This document shows, in pieces, positions 62,297 through 64,000 of a stretch of 64,000 nt of DNA. The DNA is from Candidatus Spongiisociaceae bacterium (lineage in GTDB: Bacteria > Actinomycetota > Acidimicrobiia > Spongiisociales > Spongiisociaceae). Location of the stretch: contig OZ253564.1 in NCBI GenBank assembly GCA_965262915.1, positions 2,752,001-2,816,000 on the forward strand. Reading direction: 5' to 3'. Each line of letters opens with the position of its first letter. The first letter of the stretch is position 1. A program made the translations under genes and the position numbers. The notes under the pieces are model-generated. The model saw only the letters and a list, made by a program, of their open reading frames with translations, was not told where the DNA came from and ran no database searches.

Positions 62297-63646
62297 ATGG
62301 GGCGAACCGGGAGTCGACCAGCGAAAAGTAGGGCCCGGGTACTCGCCCTGGCGGTAGTGATAGCGCTTACGGCATCCGCCTGCGGCGCAGATGACAGCGA
62401 CGACACGAGTACATCAGAATCGCCGACGACGAGCCAAGTCGATTCAACGGAGCCGACAAGCGGGTCCTCCGAGACCACAGAAAGTCCGTCAATGCGTGAT
62501 TCTCTTCTGGAAAGGCTTCCGGCGGAGGTTCACTCCCTGACCGAAGACATTCCCGACAACCTGCTGCAACTTCTCGTTGACGTGCGCGATCAGGGACCCG
62601 GGGAGCTTGTCTGGGTCGATGCGGGTGGTGAAGTGCACGAAGGGTGGAGCGAAGCCTTTCTCGACGATTGGGAGACAATAACCGGTTGGACTGTGATCGA
62701 GGCGGCCCCAGGGCTAGACCTCTCTACTGCAGCCGTGCAGGCTCAGGTCGACTCCGAAGCCACAGAGTGGGACGTGTTCGCCATCTTGGATTACGGAACG
62801 GCTGAGCGTCTTGCATTAGAAGGCTACTGGGAGCCCATTGATTACAGCCTTTTCGACGTTGCTGCGCTCCCCGACGTCGCCTTTTACTCGGATGCAGAAG
62901 GCAACCTCGTCAGGGGTGGCTCAGGAGAAGCAATCCCATCGCAGGGTTACTACGTGGGTGCCTCAGACTACGGAATCGTCCTGCATTACAACACCGACGT
63001 GTTTGCGGCCGGTTCCCAACCCGGCTCAACACTTGACTTCTTTGACGTCGAGCAGTTCCCCGGCAAACGGTGCGCGTTCAACTTCGCACAGTTCGGTGGC
63101 AACCTCGAGTTCGCCGCTATGGCCAACGGTGCTACGTGGGACGAGGTCTACGGCGTACTAGACACTGAGGAGGGGCGACAGGCAGCTTTCGACCGATTTG
63201 ATCAAATCTACGACGAGATCGTCTGGGCAAACAGCGGCGCTGATTCCATTCAGTTCCTGCTAGATGGCCAATGCGACCTTGGCATCACATTCAACGGTCG
63301 ACCAGCACTTCGCATCAAACAGGAACCGGAACTGCCGGTGGCCATTACTTGGGGTGGAAGCATCATCAACGGTGGACCGTTTGCCATTCCCAAGGGCGCT
63401 CCCAACTACGATGCCGCCCACTCCGTCTATGCGCTCTCCATGCTTCCCTCCCGGCAGTGTGCGGCGCTGAATGCAATCGGCTACGGCGTAGTAATGAACG
63501 CTGATCCATTCCCGGCTTGCCTTGACGACTTTGGATCCGAGTGGGCACCGCAATACGAAGCGGCTGCCGGACTTGCCGATCCATTCTTCTTCTCCGACCG
63601 ACCCGAAGTCGAAGAGGCTTGGGCGGAGTGGCAAAGCGGCCACTAG
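62297..63646 (+). CDS. ABC solute-binding lipoprotein (PotD/polyamine-type fold)
   Basis: Lipobox ASAC, AQVDS...EWDV, YNTD, DFFDVEQFPGKR, NGR, IPKGAPN. Start is 62267 or 62297. Confidence 0.85.
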   Translation: MGRTGSRPAKSRARVLALAVVIALTASACGADDSDDTSTSESPTTSQVDSTEPTSGSSETTESPSMRDSLLERLPAEVHSLTEDIPDNLLQLLVDVRDQGPGELVWVDAGGEVHEGWSEAFLDDWETITGWTVIEAAPGLDLSTAAVQAQVDSEATEWDVFAILDYGTAERLALEGYWEPIDYSLFDVAALPDVAFYSDAEGNLVRGGSGEAIPSQGYYVGASDYGIVLHYNTDVFAAGSQPGSTLDFFDVEQFPGKRCAFNFAQFGGNLEFAAMANGATWDEVYGVLDTEEGRQAAFDRFDQIYDEIVWANSGADSIQFLLDGQCDLGITFNGRPALRIKQEPELPVAITWGGSIINGGPFAIPKGAPNYDAAHSVYALSMLPSRQCAALNAIGYGVVMNADPFPACLDDFGSEWAPQYEAAAGLADPFFFSDRPEVEEAWAEWQSGH

Positions 63647-63704
63647 GACGCAAGAAGGCTTCATAGCACAGTTATGAACGCCTAGCGCCACGTTGAAGAA
63701 GGCA

Positions 63705-64000
63705 ATGCGAGCGGCTCTGATGGTCGGGCAAAACGAGCCGCTCGCGATATCCGAAGTTGATTTTCCACGAGTTTCCCCCGATGGCGTGGTCGTCAAGCTT
63801 GATGCTTGCGGCGTATGCAGGACGGACTGGCACATCTGGAAAGGACACTGGGATTGGCTGGGGGTCCACCCACAGTTGCCTTTGATACTCGGGCACGAGA
63901 TGGCTGGGGTTGTTGTGGAGGTGGGCGGCGAAGTCCGGAATCTTCATGTGGGCGATCGCGTTGTTGCGCCGTTCCACTACTCATGCGGCCTTTGCAGTCA
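63705..64000 (+). CDS. Zn-dependent alcohol dehydrogenase, truncated at the window edge
   Basis: MRAALM...ACGVCRTDWH...LGHEMAG...GDRV...SCGLC. Confidence 0.9.
   Translation, partial: MRAALMVGQNEPLAISEVDFPRVSPDGVVVKLDACGVCRTDWHIWKGHWDWLGVHPQLPLILGHEMAGVVVEVGGEVRNLHVGDRVVAPFHYSCGLCS

Overview
GC-rich actinobacterial DNA; the gene content looks Acidimicrobiia-like, which is an inference. It has four zones. (1) 1-23 kb is mostly housekeeping and cell-envelope genes: thiolase, a stop-interrupted HNH gene behind an SOS-type promoter, NUDIX, serC, aspartate aminotransferase, an IS5 copy, a protease and an amidase, a DUF4143 ATPase with a 23-bp repeat array, a xanthine dehydrogenase-family operon, VanW and pyk. 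(2) 23-44 kb is a catabolic island bounded by gene remnants. It centres on a glycine/sarcosine/betaine-reductase-like selenoprotein B (in-frame UGA plus SECIS-like hairpin, atypical UxxGxxC motif). Around it are two GrdE-like paralogues, a three-domain Rid protein, a peptide-type ABC transporter, an M24 hydrolase and an orphan PEP-utilising dikinase. No grdA/C/D is present in the window. (3) 44-60 kb has ppdK, a frameshifted aroK and a dense IS cluster. The cluster holds a second selenoprotein (redoxin, WUGC) and a four-level nest ISL3>IS110>IS3>IS30 whose junctions can all be read. Two related IS110 elements have non-coding ends with bridge-RNA target and donor guide segments that covary with their own insertion sites, and both sit in ISL3 termini. 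(4) 60-64 kb has IclR, thiolase, an ABC solute-binding protein and a partial alcohol dehydrogenase. No rRNA, intact tRNA or CRISPR array was seen. All calls come from motif recognition by eye; no searches were run.
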